The translations under genes and the position numbers were made by a program. A model generated the notes under the pieces. The model worked only from the letters and a program-made list of their open reading frames with translations. It did no database searches and was not told the DNA's origin. DNA of 64,000 nucleotides from Nanobdellota archaeon (lineage in GTDB: Archaea; Nanobdellota; Nanobdellia; Tiddalikarchaeales; Tiddalikarchaeaceae). Shown one piece after another: positions 9,074-17,690 of this stretch; within the stretch, counting starts at the first letter, position 1; every line of letters starts with the position of its first letter. The stretch covers positions 2,854 to 66,853 of the forward strand of contig JAFGFH010000011.1 of assembly GCA_016931175.1 (NCBI GenBank), given 5' to 3'.

Positions 9074-10009
9074 ATGAGGCTTTTAAATTCGGATTTGGAA
9101 GAAATTTGCAAATCATACGATTTAGGTAGTGTTAAATCCGTCAAGTTAATGAAAGAGGGTGTTGGCAATTACAACTTTGATGTAAAAACAACAAAAGGAG
9201 ATTATATCATTCGCATAATAATGGTTGAATTAAGCGATTGGAAGAAAGAACAATTAAAAAAAGAATTTGAAGTCCTGCAATACTTAAAGATAAAAAAGTT
9301 TCCTTATATTATTCCCGAACCTGTTTTGAACTCGAAAGGCGAAATAATGTCCTGCATTAACAAGCATAACATTTGGGTATATCCTAAGATTAAAGGAACG
9401 TGCAATAATAAATCAAACCGAATTAAATTGGAAGAGATTGGAAGGGCAATAGCTGTTTATCATAATTTCATCAAGGATTATAATATTAAGAAAAAGAATG
9501 AGTTATATGACCTTGAATGGGTTTATGATAGTTATAATGAGTATAAGAAGATAAGAGTAAAGAATGAATTAGATAGGTTGATAGCACAAAATGTTTCTTT
9601 GTTTGAAAAAGCACTTGGTATTGCTAAGGAGCGCGAGTTTAATGAGAAACTAACTCTCGTACATGCTGATTTTCAATTCGGCAACGTATTATTCAAAAAA
9701 AACAAACTAATCGGGGTTATTGATTTTGAAAACGTAAGGGTTGCTCCAAGAATCTTTGATTTAAGCCAGGCAGTCAAATATACTTGCATTAAGAATTACA
9801 AAGTAAATGAAAATGATAAAGCTGCGCTTATAAAAGGATATGAAAAGATTAATCCCTTAACAAAATCTGAGAAAGGTGTGATAACTAATTTAATGCTTTT
9901 ATCTTCGTGCTGCGAATTCGCATGGTTCTATAAATACATGAAGAGAAGTGATAAAGTTAAAATAAAATTTATTAAGCAAGAAGTAAAAATAGTTAAGAAC
10001 ATGATATAA
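9074..10009 (+). CDS. aminoglycoside phosphotransferase (APH)/homoserine kinase type II family kinase
   Basis: Catalytic loop 'LVHADFQFGNVLF' followed by 'GVIDFEN', which is the APH/choline-kinase signature. Confidence 0.7.
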   Translation: MRLLNSDLEEICKSYDLGSVKSVKLMKEGVGNYNFDVKTTKGDYIIRIIMVELSDWKKEQLKKEFEVLQYLKIKKFPYIIPEPVLNSKGEIMSCINKHNIWVYPKIKGTCNNKSNRIKLEEIGRAIAVYHNFIKDYNIKKKNELYDLEWVYDSYNEYKKIRVKNELDRLIAQNVSLFEKALGIAKEREFNEKLTLVHADFQFGNVLFKKNKLIGVIDFENVRVAPRIFDLSQAVKYTCIKNYKVNENDKAALIKGYEKINPLTKSEKGVITNLMLLSSCCEFAWFYKYMKRSDKVKIKFIKQEVKIVKNMI

Positions 10010-10017
10010 GTAATATT

Positions 10018-11232
10018 TTATAGTTTCTTCTTTTGTTCTAATAAGAATTCTAAGGCGCCTGTTTTTTGCAAAGACTCTGTTGCGTATTTCATATCGCATT
10101 TTCTAGTAATCAAGAGGGTGTTAATCAGTAATTCCTTATCAGTGTCTTTGAACAGGTTGTAAATTACGGCTTCAAAGATGCTCTTAGAAAAACCCCTGCT
10201 CTTAACCCTTTTAAAACCCGTTAAATATTTCTCGTAAACGGTTTTTGCGATTAAGAACTCTTCATGAGTTAATGCTGCAGAGTAATCCTCTTCTTGAAGC
10301 TCGTCTTCAATAAGTGCTTTGCCCTGCTTGGTTGCCTTGCTCAACTCCTTCGCCCTAGTCCTTAAAGTAACCTCTGTAACCCTTGAAGCTGAAGCTGCAT
10401 CACGCTGGGTTAAGTCAGGTTTTGACAAGTAAAGCGCAGCCCCTGCTACTCCCTTCGGGTCCTTGCCCTGCAGGTTTAAACCATTAAGCAATGCTTTCTT
10501 AACGCAATTAACTGCCTTATTCTGAACCATTTGAGGCAGTTTTAAATCGTTGCTTATTCTTGCTATTAGTGCTGAAATACTAGCTACTTTGTAATTAACA
10601 CCCATCTCTGGAAGAATATAGTGATTAATTAATCTAACATACTTGTTAACGTTCCTCTTATCACTAGGCACTAAATTAGTTAAATCCTCCAAGAAGTAAG
10701 GAGTTCTATGAATACGGAAAGCAGTATAAAATGAGGCAACAACGAATTCATCTATTGATCTTCCTCTTGTAAGCTTCTTAACTGCTGTTTTTGTGTAAAT
10801 CTTAACCGCGTCTTCTTTAACATGAGGGGGTATTATAAGATTGCTTGATATAGAATTTATGGGATTATTAGCCTCTGTTAAGTTCCTCTCTAACGTAGTT
10901 AAAGCATTATTGTTCAATTTGGAAATCCTGAATATCTTATACCTTATCTCAGGGAGCAAATAATTACCTTTTGAATCAATCCTTGACTTTGGAACTATTG
11001 TTCTATGCCCGTAACTCTTAGAAACAGGTTGTGTTCTCTTCCTATTCTTGAATTCTTCATTATTGAAAGCCCTTTTCTCATCCTCTGAAAAGTTTATTTC
11101 ATACTCTAAACCACAGTTGCTGCAGACGTAGAAACCGTTATGAACTATCCTGTTCGTTTCCCCGCACTCGCAGACATCTTCAAAAAACTCGTCTAATTCT
11201 CCTACTCTGCTGTTTCTTTCAACCGCTGTCAT
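10018..11232 (-). CDS. tfb: transcription initiation factor IIB (TFB) with ~100-aa C-terminal extension
   Basis: N-terminal Zn ribbon 'CECGETNRIVHNGFYVCSNCG', two cyclin-like repeats ('GRSIDEFVVASFYTAFR', 'GKDPKGVAGAALYLS', 'VTEVTLRTRAKEL'), then an extra helical tail. Confidence 0.85.
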   Translation of the reverse strand: MTAVERNSRVGELDEFFEDVCECGETNRIVHNGFYVCSNCGLEYEINFSEDEKRAFNNEEFKNRKRTQPVSKSYGHRTIVPKSRIDSKGNYLLPEIRYKIFRISKLNNNALTTLERNLTEANNPINSISSNLIIPPHVKEDAVKIYTKTAVKKLTRGRSIDEFVVASFYTAFRIHRTPYFLEDLTNLVPSDKRNVNKYVRLINHYILPEMGVNYKVASISALIARISNDLKLPQMVQNKAVNCVKKALLNGLNLQGKDPKGVAGAALYLSKPDLTQRDAASASRVTEVTLRTRAKELSKATKQGKALIEDELQEEDYSAALTHEEFLIAKTVYEKYLTGFKRVKSRGFSKSIFEAVIYNLFKDTDKELLINTLLITRKCDMKYATESLQKTGALEFLLEQKKKL

Positions 11233-11311
11233 CTGATTGAGAGAAAAAAATCTTCTATATATAAATCTTTGTTTAAAATAAGAATTAAAAAAAAATAATC
11301 AAAAAAAAATA

Positions 11312-11635
11312 TCAGTTCCACTTCTTCTTTTCAGTATGCGCTGCTATCTCTGCCTGTATCATCTGGTAATTCTCGTAAGCATCCTTCTCCAAGCGCTTGA
11401 ATATCTTAACACACGCAGGGTCAAGGTTTTCCTTAACACCAGTCTGAGCGTATTTCATTAACTTAACTAGTTTACCGCTTATCTTCATGTGCAAGTAATT
11501 AGTCTTCCTGGCCTTCTTTATTAGCTTCTCTGCCTCACTGCTTAATTTAGTGAAACTTGTTGAACCGCACTTCGGGCAGACGTCAATCTTTGTATCACTC
11601 ACGTAACCGCAAGTGTTGCACTTAAACAATACCAT
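11312..11635 (-). CDS. rubredoxin-like zinc-ribbon protein
   Basis: N-terminal 'CNTCGYVSDTKIDVCPKCG' (CxxC...CxxC) followed by a helical tail. The start lies 2 nt after the AOR-family stop. Confidence 0.5.
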   Translation of the reverse strand: MVLFKCNTCGYVSDTKIDVCPKCGSTSFTKLSSEAEKLIKKARKTNYLHMKISGKLVKLMKYAQTGVKENLDPACVKIFKRLEKDAYENYQMIQAEIAAHTEKKKWN

Positions 11636-11637
11636 TC

Positions 11638-13473
11638 CTACCTTATCACCTCCTCCACTCCTTTAACTAATTCACTCCAGTACTTTTTGCTTGTCTTCTC
11701 AAAATCTTTTTCAAACATTTTCTTCCACCCTAAAGCATTCTCGTCATACGGGTTGTCTTCCAAGTACGAAGTAATGTGATAATATAATAATTCTTTACTC
11801 CTCTTAGTCTCGTAATAAACAGGTTCAGCTCCTGCTAATTTATTATACTTAATAATTCCTTTAACCAAACGCTTGGCTCTGGCAAATAATTCCTTAAAAC
11901 CCATCATTGAAGCAAGTATTGGAACTAATTTTTCACTCCAAGCCCTGTGAAACCTGCAAACCCCTCCTTCTTCACTGTATAATTCCTTAACTGCCCTCTC
12001 AGCACTCGTCCTGCCTAATTCACGGGGAGTTATGAATCCAGAACTGTAATTAGTGTGAAACTTTCCCTGAACTGGCAGTGGGACGAGGAATCCTGGAACA
12101 AAATACATATTCGGCGATATTACACCATTCCTGCCGTAACTCATGTAAACAGCTGAACTTCTCTGCTTAAGCCTCTTAGATGCTGCTCTTATGCCTTTTT
12201 CTAATACTGGAATTTTTCCTAAAGCCAAGTCCTTCACAAACTTAGCTGCTATCCTGGCATTGCGTTTGGAGTCCTTAAAAGTAGCGTCTGGATTCATTAC
12301 AGGTTTATACCTCATGAGAAAAGCTTCCTTTTTGAAAACTCCTTTTGCCACGTTTTCAAAGACGTAAGCTGTTAAGTTGCCTACTTCTATAGCATCAAAT
12401 CCTAAATCATCAACTGCTCCTGCAAAGACTTCCATATCCCTCCTGTCAAATATGCCGCACAAAGGCCCGCAAGCAATGCACGGCTCGTAATCATTGCTCC
12501 TATTATTCCAAACCTTCTTGCAGACAGCACTGCAAGCTTCACCGCAGGTTTTGAAACTCTTATTCTTTATAACTTCTTCATTAAAACCTTTCAAGTAATG
12601 ATGTCTTATGTACTTGTCGTATAATTCCTCGCGCACCTTCCTGTCCATCATCATATTCTGCCAGTTAAACCATAACGTCTTATCCTTCTGGTAAAAGAAG
12701 TTAACGCCGTAAGTTCCGCCGGTTCCTAACTTGTCAACGAACCTGTACTTGTCAGTTGCTTCGTAAATAACCTTAACCATGTTTTTCTTGAATACTTTAT
12801 TGAAAACTTTTTCAGCATTAATCTCTGACTTGAACTCGTAATCTCCTCCGAAGATTACTGCTGCAACGTTATGCGCCTGCAATAATAAACTGCCCATTCC
12901 TCCTCTGCCTGCCCACCCTTCGCTTCCGTAATCAATCTTGTTGTCTCTTATCTTAACGCTGTGAACTGCTCCCATGTTAGTTTTAATACTTGCAGCTCCG
13001 ACAACTAAGGCGCGGTACTTTAATCCTTTGAAAGTTTTTGAATACTTCTTGATTAGTTTTTGCTGAAACTTTATAGTATTAAGAGGAATCTTGTTAATCT
13101 TGTCAAAAAAGACTGTTAATTTACCCTTCACGTTCTTAATTAAAACTATTGTTTTATCTCTCGCTTTGCCTTCTATTACTATTGTATTAAATCCCGTCTT
13201 TGACAGTTCAATGCTGCCCCCGCCAAGGGTTGACATGAAAAAAGTGTGTATTTGAGGGCTTCTTGCTGATATTATTAACCTGTGCGTTCCTGGAATGTTT
13301 AATCCCATAAAAGGACCTGTGCTTATGCAAACGCTGTTCATAGAACTCATTACAGGAAGTTTGTAAGTCTGCTTGTTCAAATGATAATTCAGGGAATAAC
13401 TTATTGGACCAAACTCTTTACTCTTCTCTTCATAATATTTTTTCCTGCCTACGTTTATTCTTAAAACGTTCAT
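11638..13473 (-). CDS. aldehyde:ferredoxin oxidoreductase (AOR) family tungsto/molybdopterin enzyme, possibly GAPOR
   Basis: AOR-like N-terminal domain ('GWAGRGGMGSLLLQAHNVAAVIFGG', compare AOR 'AAGRGGVGAVMGSKNLKAIAVEG') and Cys cluster 'CGEACSAVCKK ... CIACGPLCG'. 611 aa. ATGA overlap with tpiA. Confidence 0.75.
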   Translation of the reverse strand: MNVLRINVGRKKYYEEKSKEFGPISYSLNYHLNKQTYKLPVMSSMNSVCISTGPFMGLNIPGTHRLIISARSPQIHTFFMSTLGGGSIELSKTGFNTIVIEGKARDKTIVLIKNVKGKLTVFFDKINKIPLNTIKFQQKLIKKYSKTFKGLKYRALVVGAASIKTNMGAVHSVKIRDNKIDYGSEGWAGRGGMGSLLLQAHNVAAVIFGGDYEFKSEINAEKVFNKVFKKNMVKVIYEATDKYRFVDKLGTGGTYGVNFFYQKDKTLWFNWQNMMMDRKVREELYDKYIRHHYLKGFNEEVIKNKSFKTCGEACSAVCKKVWNNRSNDYEPCIACGPLCGIFDRRDMEVFAGAVDDLGFDAIEVGNLTAYVFENVAKGVFKKEAFLMRYKPVMNPDATFKDSKRNARIAAKFVKDLALGKIPVLEKGIRAASKRLKQRSSAVYMSYGRNGVISPNMYFVPGFLVPLPVQGKFHTNYSSGFITPRELGRTSAERAVKELYSEEGGVCRFHRAWSEKLVPILASMMGFKELFARAKRLVKGIIKYNKLAGAEPVYYETKRSKELLYYHITSYLEDNPYDENALGWKKMFEKDFEKTSKKYWSELVKGVEEVIR

Positions 13474-14102
13474 GCATTAGCCAACTCCCTTATTGTTTTA
13501 ACCGGGTTCCTGCTCTTAGCAACGTATGATGAGATTAAAACACCAACTGCTCCAAGCTTCAATGCCTTCCTAACATGTTCAGCAGAATTAATGCCAGCAC
13601 CGATTAGTAAAAAAACAGGTTTGATAATATTAACTATTTCTTTAATCTCTTTTTTCATAACCTCAGTTATGTCAGTCTTAGTGCCGATGTACTTCTTCGG
13701 CTCAAAAGCTATATAGTCTGGTTTAAGCTCTGCTATCTTCCCTGCCTCTTCCACTGACTCGCAGCAAACGATTGACTTCAAATTATTACTCTTCAATAAT
13801 TCAATGGTTTTCTTAATCTCTGAAAAGCTTAATCTGTTCTCGGAATGGTTTAATAAGCTTCCTGAAACTCCTGCTTTCTTAATTGCAAGAACGCTCACCT
13901 TCCCAGTATGAGCTCCTTCAACTACGGGGTCAACGTGCTGGCTGAAAATCCTGCACGACAAGCACTTAATATTGTCCAATTCCATAAACTGCGGGCAGAT
14001 TATAACATTGTCATAAGTGCTGCAGTAAGCAGCAAGCTTTAATCCCTTAGCTCCCATCGTCTCCTCGTAATTCTTGAAATTAATAACAATCAAAGGCTTC
14101 AT
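13470..14102 (-). CDS. tpiA: triosephosphate isomerase (short archaeal type)
   Basis: 'LIVINFKNY', 'LLNHSENR', 'EP..YIG' and 'GAGI' motifs. 210 aa, typical of archaeal TIM. Confidence 0.85.
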   Translation of the reverse strand: MKPLIVINFKNYEETMGAKGLKLAAYCSTYDNVIICPQFMELDNIKCLSCRIFSQHVDPVVEGAHTGKVSVLAIKKAGVSGSLLNHSENRLSFSEIKKTIELLKSNNLKSIVCCESVEEAGKIAELKPDYIAFEPKKYIGTKTDITEVMKKEIKEIVNIIKPVFLLIGAGINSAEHVRKALKLGAVGVLISSYVAKSRNPVKTIRELANA

Positions 14103-14159
14103 TATTTATTAGTAAGTAGCTAATAGTTTTTTAAATTATGCCTTGTTTTACTATTATTA

Positions 14160-14969
14160 ATGGTTGAAGCTAAGAAAGAGGTTAAAAAAGCATTTCTGAA
14201 CAAGTACGCGATTGGCAGTTTTAACATCTGTAACCTTGAAACCTTCCAAGCAGTGTTTAACGCGAGCAAGGAAACAAACAGTCCCGTATTCTTAAGCACG
14301 AGCAATACCAGCATTGATTACATGGGTTTGGAGAACATAAAAAATTTAGCTGAAGGTTTGAAGAGGACTAAAGTTATACTCCACCTTGACCATGGCAGTT
14401 ACAAAAACGCTGTTGCTTGTATTAATAAAGGCTATGACAGCGTAATGTTTGACGCTAGCAGGTTATCATTAAAAAAGAATATCATGTTAACCAAGAAAGT
14501 GGTTGACTACGCTCATGAGAATAACGTAATAGTTGAGGGGGAAGTTGGAGTTCTTGAAAAGGATGGGTTGACTAATCCTGGAGAGGCTGAAGACTTTGCT
14601 GAACAAACAGGCGTTGACTTATTAGCAGTCAGCGTCGGCAACCTGCACGGTTACTACAAGTACATGCCTGTTTTAGACTTCAAGAGATTGTTAGAGATTA
14701 AGCAAGTGGTTAAGACTCCTCTAGTATTGCACGGCGCGAGCGGTTTAAATGATGAGACAATAAAGACTGCAATAAGACACGGCATTGTAAAGATTAACAT
14801 AGACACTGAATTACGATGGGCTTTCACCAAATCTGTCAGGGACTTCTTAAGAAGAAACAGCATGAACAAGTTTAACAATAAAAGTTTTGACATAAGGAAT
14901 TATTTAGGCGAGGCGAGGAAGAGTTTTGAGAGAAAAGTGGTTGACAAGATTAGATTATTTCAGTCATGA
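14160..14969 (+). CDS. fba: class II fructose/tagatose-bisphosphate aldolase
   Basis: 'AIGSFNICNLE', 'HLDHG', 'SVMFDAS', 'VEGEVG', 'LAVSVGNLHG' and 'LVLHGASG', a class II (metal-dependent) aldolase motif series. Confidence 0.85.
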   Translation: MVEAKKEVKKAFLNKYAIGSFNICNLETFQAVFNASKETNSPVFLSTSNTSIDYMGLENIKNLAEGLKRTKVILHLDHGSYKNAVACINKGYDSVMFDASRLSLKKNIMLTKKVVDYAHENNVIVEGEVGVLEKDGLTNPGEAEDFAEQTGVDLLAVSVGNLHGYYKYMPVLDFKRLLEIKQVVKTPLVLHGASGLNDETIKTAIRHGIVKINIDTELRWAFTKSVRDFLRRNSMNKFNNKSFDIRNYLGEARKSFERKVVDKIRLFQS

Positions 14970-15318
14970 CTAATAATTCATCGGTTCTCTTCACGCTGAC
15001 GTTTGATTCAACGTAATCGTTTAATATTTTAAACTTCCACTCTGTGTGAGGGAATCTGAATGCTAGAACTGGAGTGCAGTGGAATTCCCTGCAGAATTTC
15101 ACGAAACTGTTAACCTCATCCTTGTGTATAGTCTTGTAATCACTAGCTGAGTATTTGCACTCGAATCCTAAGAGTTTAACACCGTTGCTTGCTATCAAAT
15201 CAGGCTGCTCCATCCTGGCTCTCCCGCTTCCAGCTACCCTGACTGCTGCGTAGCCTTTCTTTTTAAGCAAAGCTAATAATTCCCTCTCATAACTTGCTCC
15301 TTTACTATACGTTGTCAT
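14950..15318 (-). CDS. hjc: Holliday junction resolvase Hjc
   Basis: 'GASYERELLALLKKKGYAAVRVAGSG', 'PDLIA' and 'GFECK', the Hjc nuclease motifs. 122 aa. Confidence 0.88.
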   Translation of the reverse strand: MTTYSKGASYERELLALLKKKGYAAVRVAGSGRARMEQPDLIASNGVKLLGFECKYSASDYKTIHKDEVNSFVKFCREFHCTPVLAFRFPHTEWKFKILNDYVESNVSVKRTDELLVMTEII

Positions 15319-15362
15319 AAACTAACCTAAACATATAAAAAAACTGGGTTGTTTTAACTCTT

Positions 15363-16040
15363 ATGGTAGATTTTAACATTCCATGGAAGTTTCTTTCAAA
15401 GGACTGGGGCAAGACCTTAAAGTTCATAGCATTAGGCGCTTTAATGTTGTTGATACCTTTTGTAGGCATGCTAGCCTTCAGCGGATTGTCAATTAGATTA
15501 ATCAGCGATGCTATTAAGAAAAAGAATGAAATACCTGAAGTATTTGACGACTTTGGAGAGAACATAATTAAGGGATTGAAAGTATTCGCTTTGGACATGC
15601 TTGTAGGATTAGTCTTCCTTGTAATCTTCGGATTACTAATAGGCGGACAAGTTGCAGCAATAATAGGCACTGGATTAAATTCTGGAAGTGATGAAGCAGT
15701 CGTTGGAGCAATGTTTGCTGTAATGATGACAATACTTCCAATAACTCTTGGACTAATTATTGTCGCTGCAATAATCATGCCAGGATTGAGAGGCAACTTC
15801 GCTAAAGAGGATAAATTCTCAGCGCTTTTCAACTTCGGAAAGGCAATAAACTTAGTCTTCGGAAACATTGGAGCATTTCTTACAATGATTCTGATACAAA
15901 TAGTTTACGGCTTGATTGTGAGTTTAATAACAGGAGTTATTGGATTCACAGGTATTGGTTTTCTGCTAATACCTCCGTTAACAACTCTTATCAGCAGCAA
16001 GTTAATAGGAGAATGGTACGCAGAAGTTGAGAAGAAGTAA
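15363..16040 (+). CDS. polytopic membrane protein (DUF4013-like)
   Basis: N-terminal 'IPWKFLSKDWGKTLKF' followed by 4-5 hydrophobic segments. The family assignment is from memory only. Confidence 0.5.
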   Translation: MVDFNIPWKFLSKDWGKTLKFIALGALMLLIPFVGMLAFSGLSIRLISDAIKKKNEIPEVFDDFGENIIKGLKVFALDMLVGLVFLVIFGLLIGGQVAAIIGTGLNSGSDEAVVGAMFAVMMTILPITLGLIIVAAIIMPGLRGNFAKEDKFSALFNFGKAINLVFGNIGAFLTMILIQIVYGLIVSLITGVIGFTGIGFLLIPPLTTLISSKLIGEWYAEVEKK

Positions 16041-16052
16041 AAGAATATTTCT

Positions 16053-17690
16053 TTATTTTATTTTTTCTATCTTTAATTCAAGAGCGCAAGCAGGGTTTTC
16101 TAAACCGAATCTTACAAGAGCTGAAGGATGAACTTCTCCGAACCAGCCGATTATTTTATTCTTGAAACTTATGCCTGCGCATCTTCCTTTAATAAACGCT
16201 TCGTGCTCGAATTCCTTAATATCATGTTTTATTTTTAAATTATTCAATAACCATTCAACTGCTTGTTTCATCTCTGTAAAGTCAGCATCAGAATGGCATG
16301 ATAATATGCATAACCTGTCTTCTTCAACAACTTCATTTTTTTCTTTAATGAAGACTTTTCCTACTTCGTAAACGCGTTGAGGGTACTCGTTATGCGTGTT
16401 TCTTGACAAGAATAATAAGTTAACAGGGAGCAATTCGTTCCTTAAACAATTCATTCTAGTGCCTATTGGGTTTGCTATTTCAATGCAATTTTGATTAAAC
16501 AATATTTCCTTGTCTACTCTTGTATAATTAAGAAGTTCCTGATAACACATTCCGCAAACTAAGTCTCTTATCTTGTTTTTGTAATGCGTTGATTCCAAGA
16601 GTTCTCCTTTAGTGCTAATCTCTATATTCTCCGACTTTATATTCTCATAACCGTACATTATTCCTATATCTTCTATAATATCAAACTCGTGCATCACGTC
16701 TGTTCTGTAAAAAGGGACTTCAACAGTTATAAAATCCTTATTATAAGACTTAATGTTGAACCTTGCCCGCTCAAGCAATGATGTTATCTCTTTTTTTGGC
16801 AGGTCAAGCCCTAACCTGTTCTTAATACTATTAGTGTTAACGTATATAAGCTTTGACTTAAATACTGGAGTGTTCAATTTCTTCCTGCCGTAATCAATCT
16901 TTACATTAAAGACCTTGCCTTTCCTGTCTGCAAGGGCTGAAGTTACTATATTCAACGCTCCTAAAACCGTGCTCATATTCGTGCCTGTAACTTCTATGAA
17001 AACGTTCCTAGTCTCTTCTGTTACTTTCCCAACATCATTGCTGTTAATTATAGGGGGCATTGATAAGACTTTATTATCAGCGTCAACGAGTATAGGATAT
17101 TTTTTAAAGTCTTGAATAATTTTGCCGAACTCTAAACCTTTAGGGTGTTCTTTAAGTATATCTTCAGGAGTCATTCTCTTCTCAAAACCTAAAGGTATGA
17201 AACTTATACCGTCAGGTTTTATTGTCTTGTAAGTAACAGGGAAGACTATTTTATCAAAATCGTATATGCCAATTGCGCTCTTCTTCCTGTTCCTTCCGTA
17301 AGTAGTGTCAAGTTTTAACTGCAATTGTATTAACTGTTTTATTATATTCTCGTCAAATTTCAAGTCTTTTACAACAGCGGCTGCGATGAAAGGCCTTGCT
17401 TTATTAACTGACTTGTCAGCCTTTAATACTAATCGAGAAGTGTTAGTTTTGTAAATAGGAATTTTTTTCTCCAGCTTCAAAGCTCCTTTTAATGCCCTGG
17501 CGAGTCCTTCAACGCACCACAAGTCAGGCCGGTTAGTGTCAGCTAATTCTATCTTGAAATCGTCTCCGTGCAATTCTTCAACCTCACTCTTTATGTATAA
17601 TAATAAATCCCATAACTTCTCATGGTTTCTTGGCAATTTCTTGCCAACCAGTGATTGGAAGTCTTTAAAACTAACCTCTATTGTTGGCAT
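16053..17690 (-). CDS. pheT: phenylalanyl-tRNA synthetase beta subunit (archaeal type)
   Basis: 'MPTIEVSFKDFQSLVGK' start, B3/4 and B5 regions, 545 aa. Directly follows pheS with a 1-nt overlap. Confidence 0.9.
   Translation of the reverse strand: MPTIEVSFKDFQSLVGKKLPRNHEKLWDLLLYIKSEVEELHGDDFKIELADTNRPDLWCVEGLARALKGALKLEKKIPIYKTNTSRLVLKADKSVNKARPFIAAAVVKDLKFDENIIKQLIQLQLKLDTTYGRNRKKSAIGIYDFDKIVFPVTYKTIKPDGISFIPLGFEKRMTPEDILKEHPKGLEFGKIIQDFKKYPILVDADNKVLSMPPIINSNDVGKVTEETRNVFIEVTGTNMSTVLGALNIVTSALADRKGKVFNVKIDYGRKKLNTPVFKSKLIYVNTNSIKNRLGLDLPKKEITSLLERARFNIKSYNKDFITVEVPFYRTDVMHEFDIIEDIGIMYGYENIKSENIEISTKGELLESTHYKNKIRDLVCGMCYQELLNYTRVDKEILFNQNCIEIANPIGTRMNCLRNELLPVNLLFLSRNTHNEYPQRVYEVGKVFIKEKNEVVEEDRLCILSCHSDADFTEMKQAVEWLLNNLKIKHDIKEFEHEAFIKGRCAGISFKNKIIGWFGEVHPSALVRFGLENPACALELKIEKIK

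Noticed and set aside
8983-9168. 61-aa minus-strand ORF from the track
   Set aside because: It lies antisense across the tRNA-His gene and the start of the APH-family kinase, and has no independent support.
15305-15868. 187-aa minus-strand ORF
   Set aside because: It is entirely antisense to the DUF4013-like membrane gene (15363..16040) and has a low-complexity Pro/Ile/Ser composition. The plus-strand gene has a coherent TM pattern, so this is a shadow ORF.
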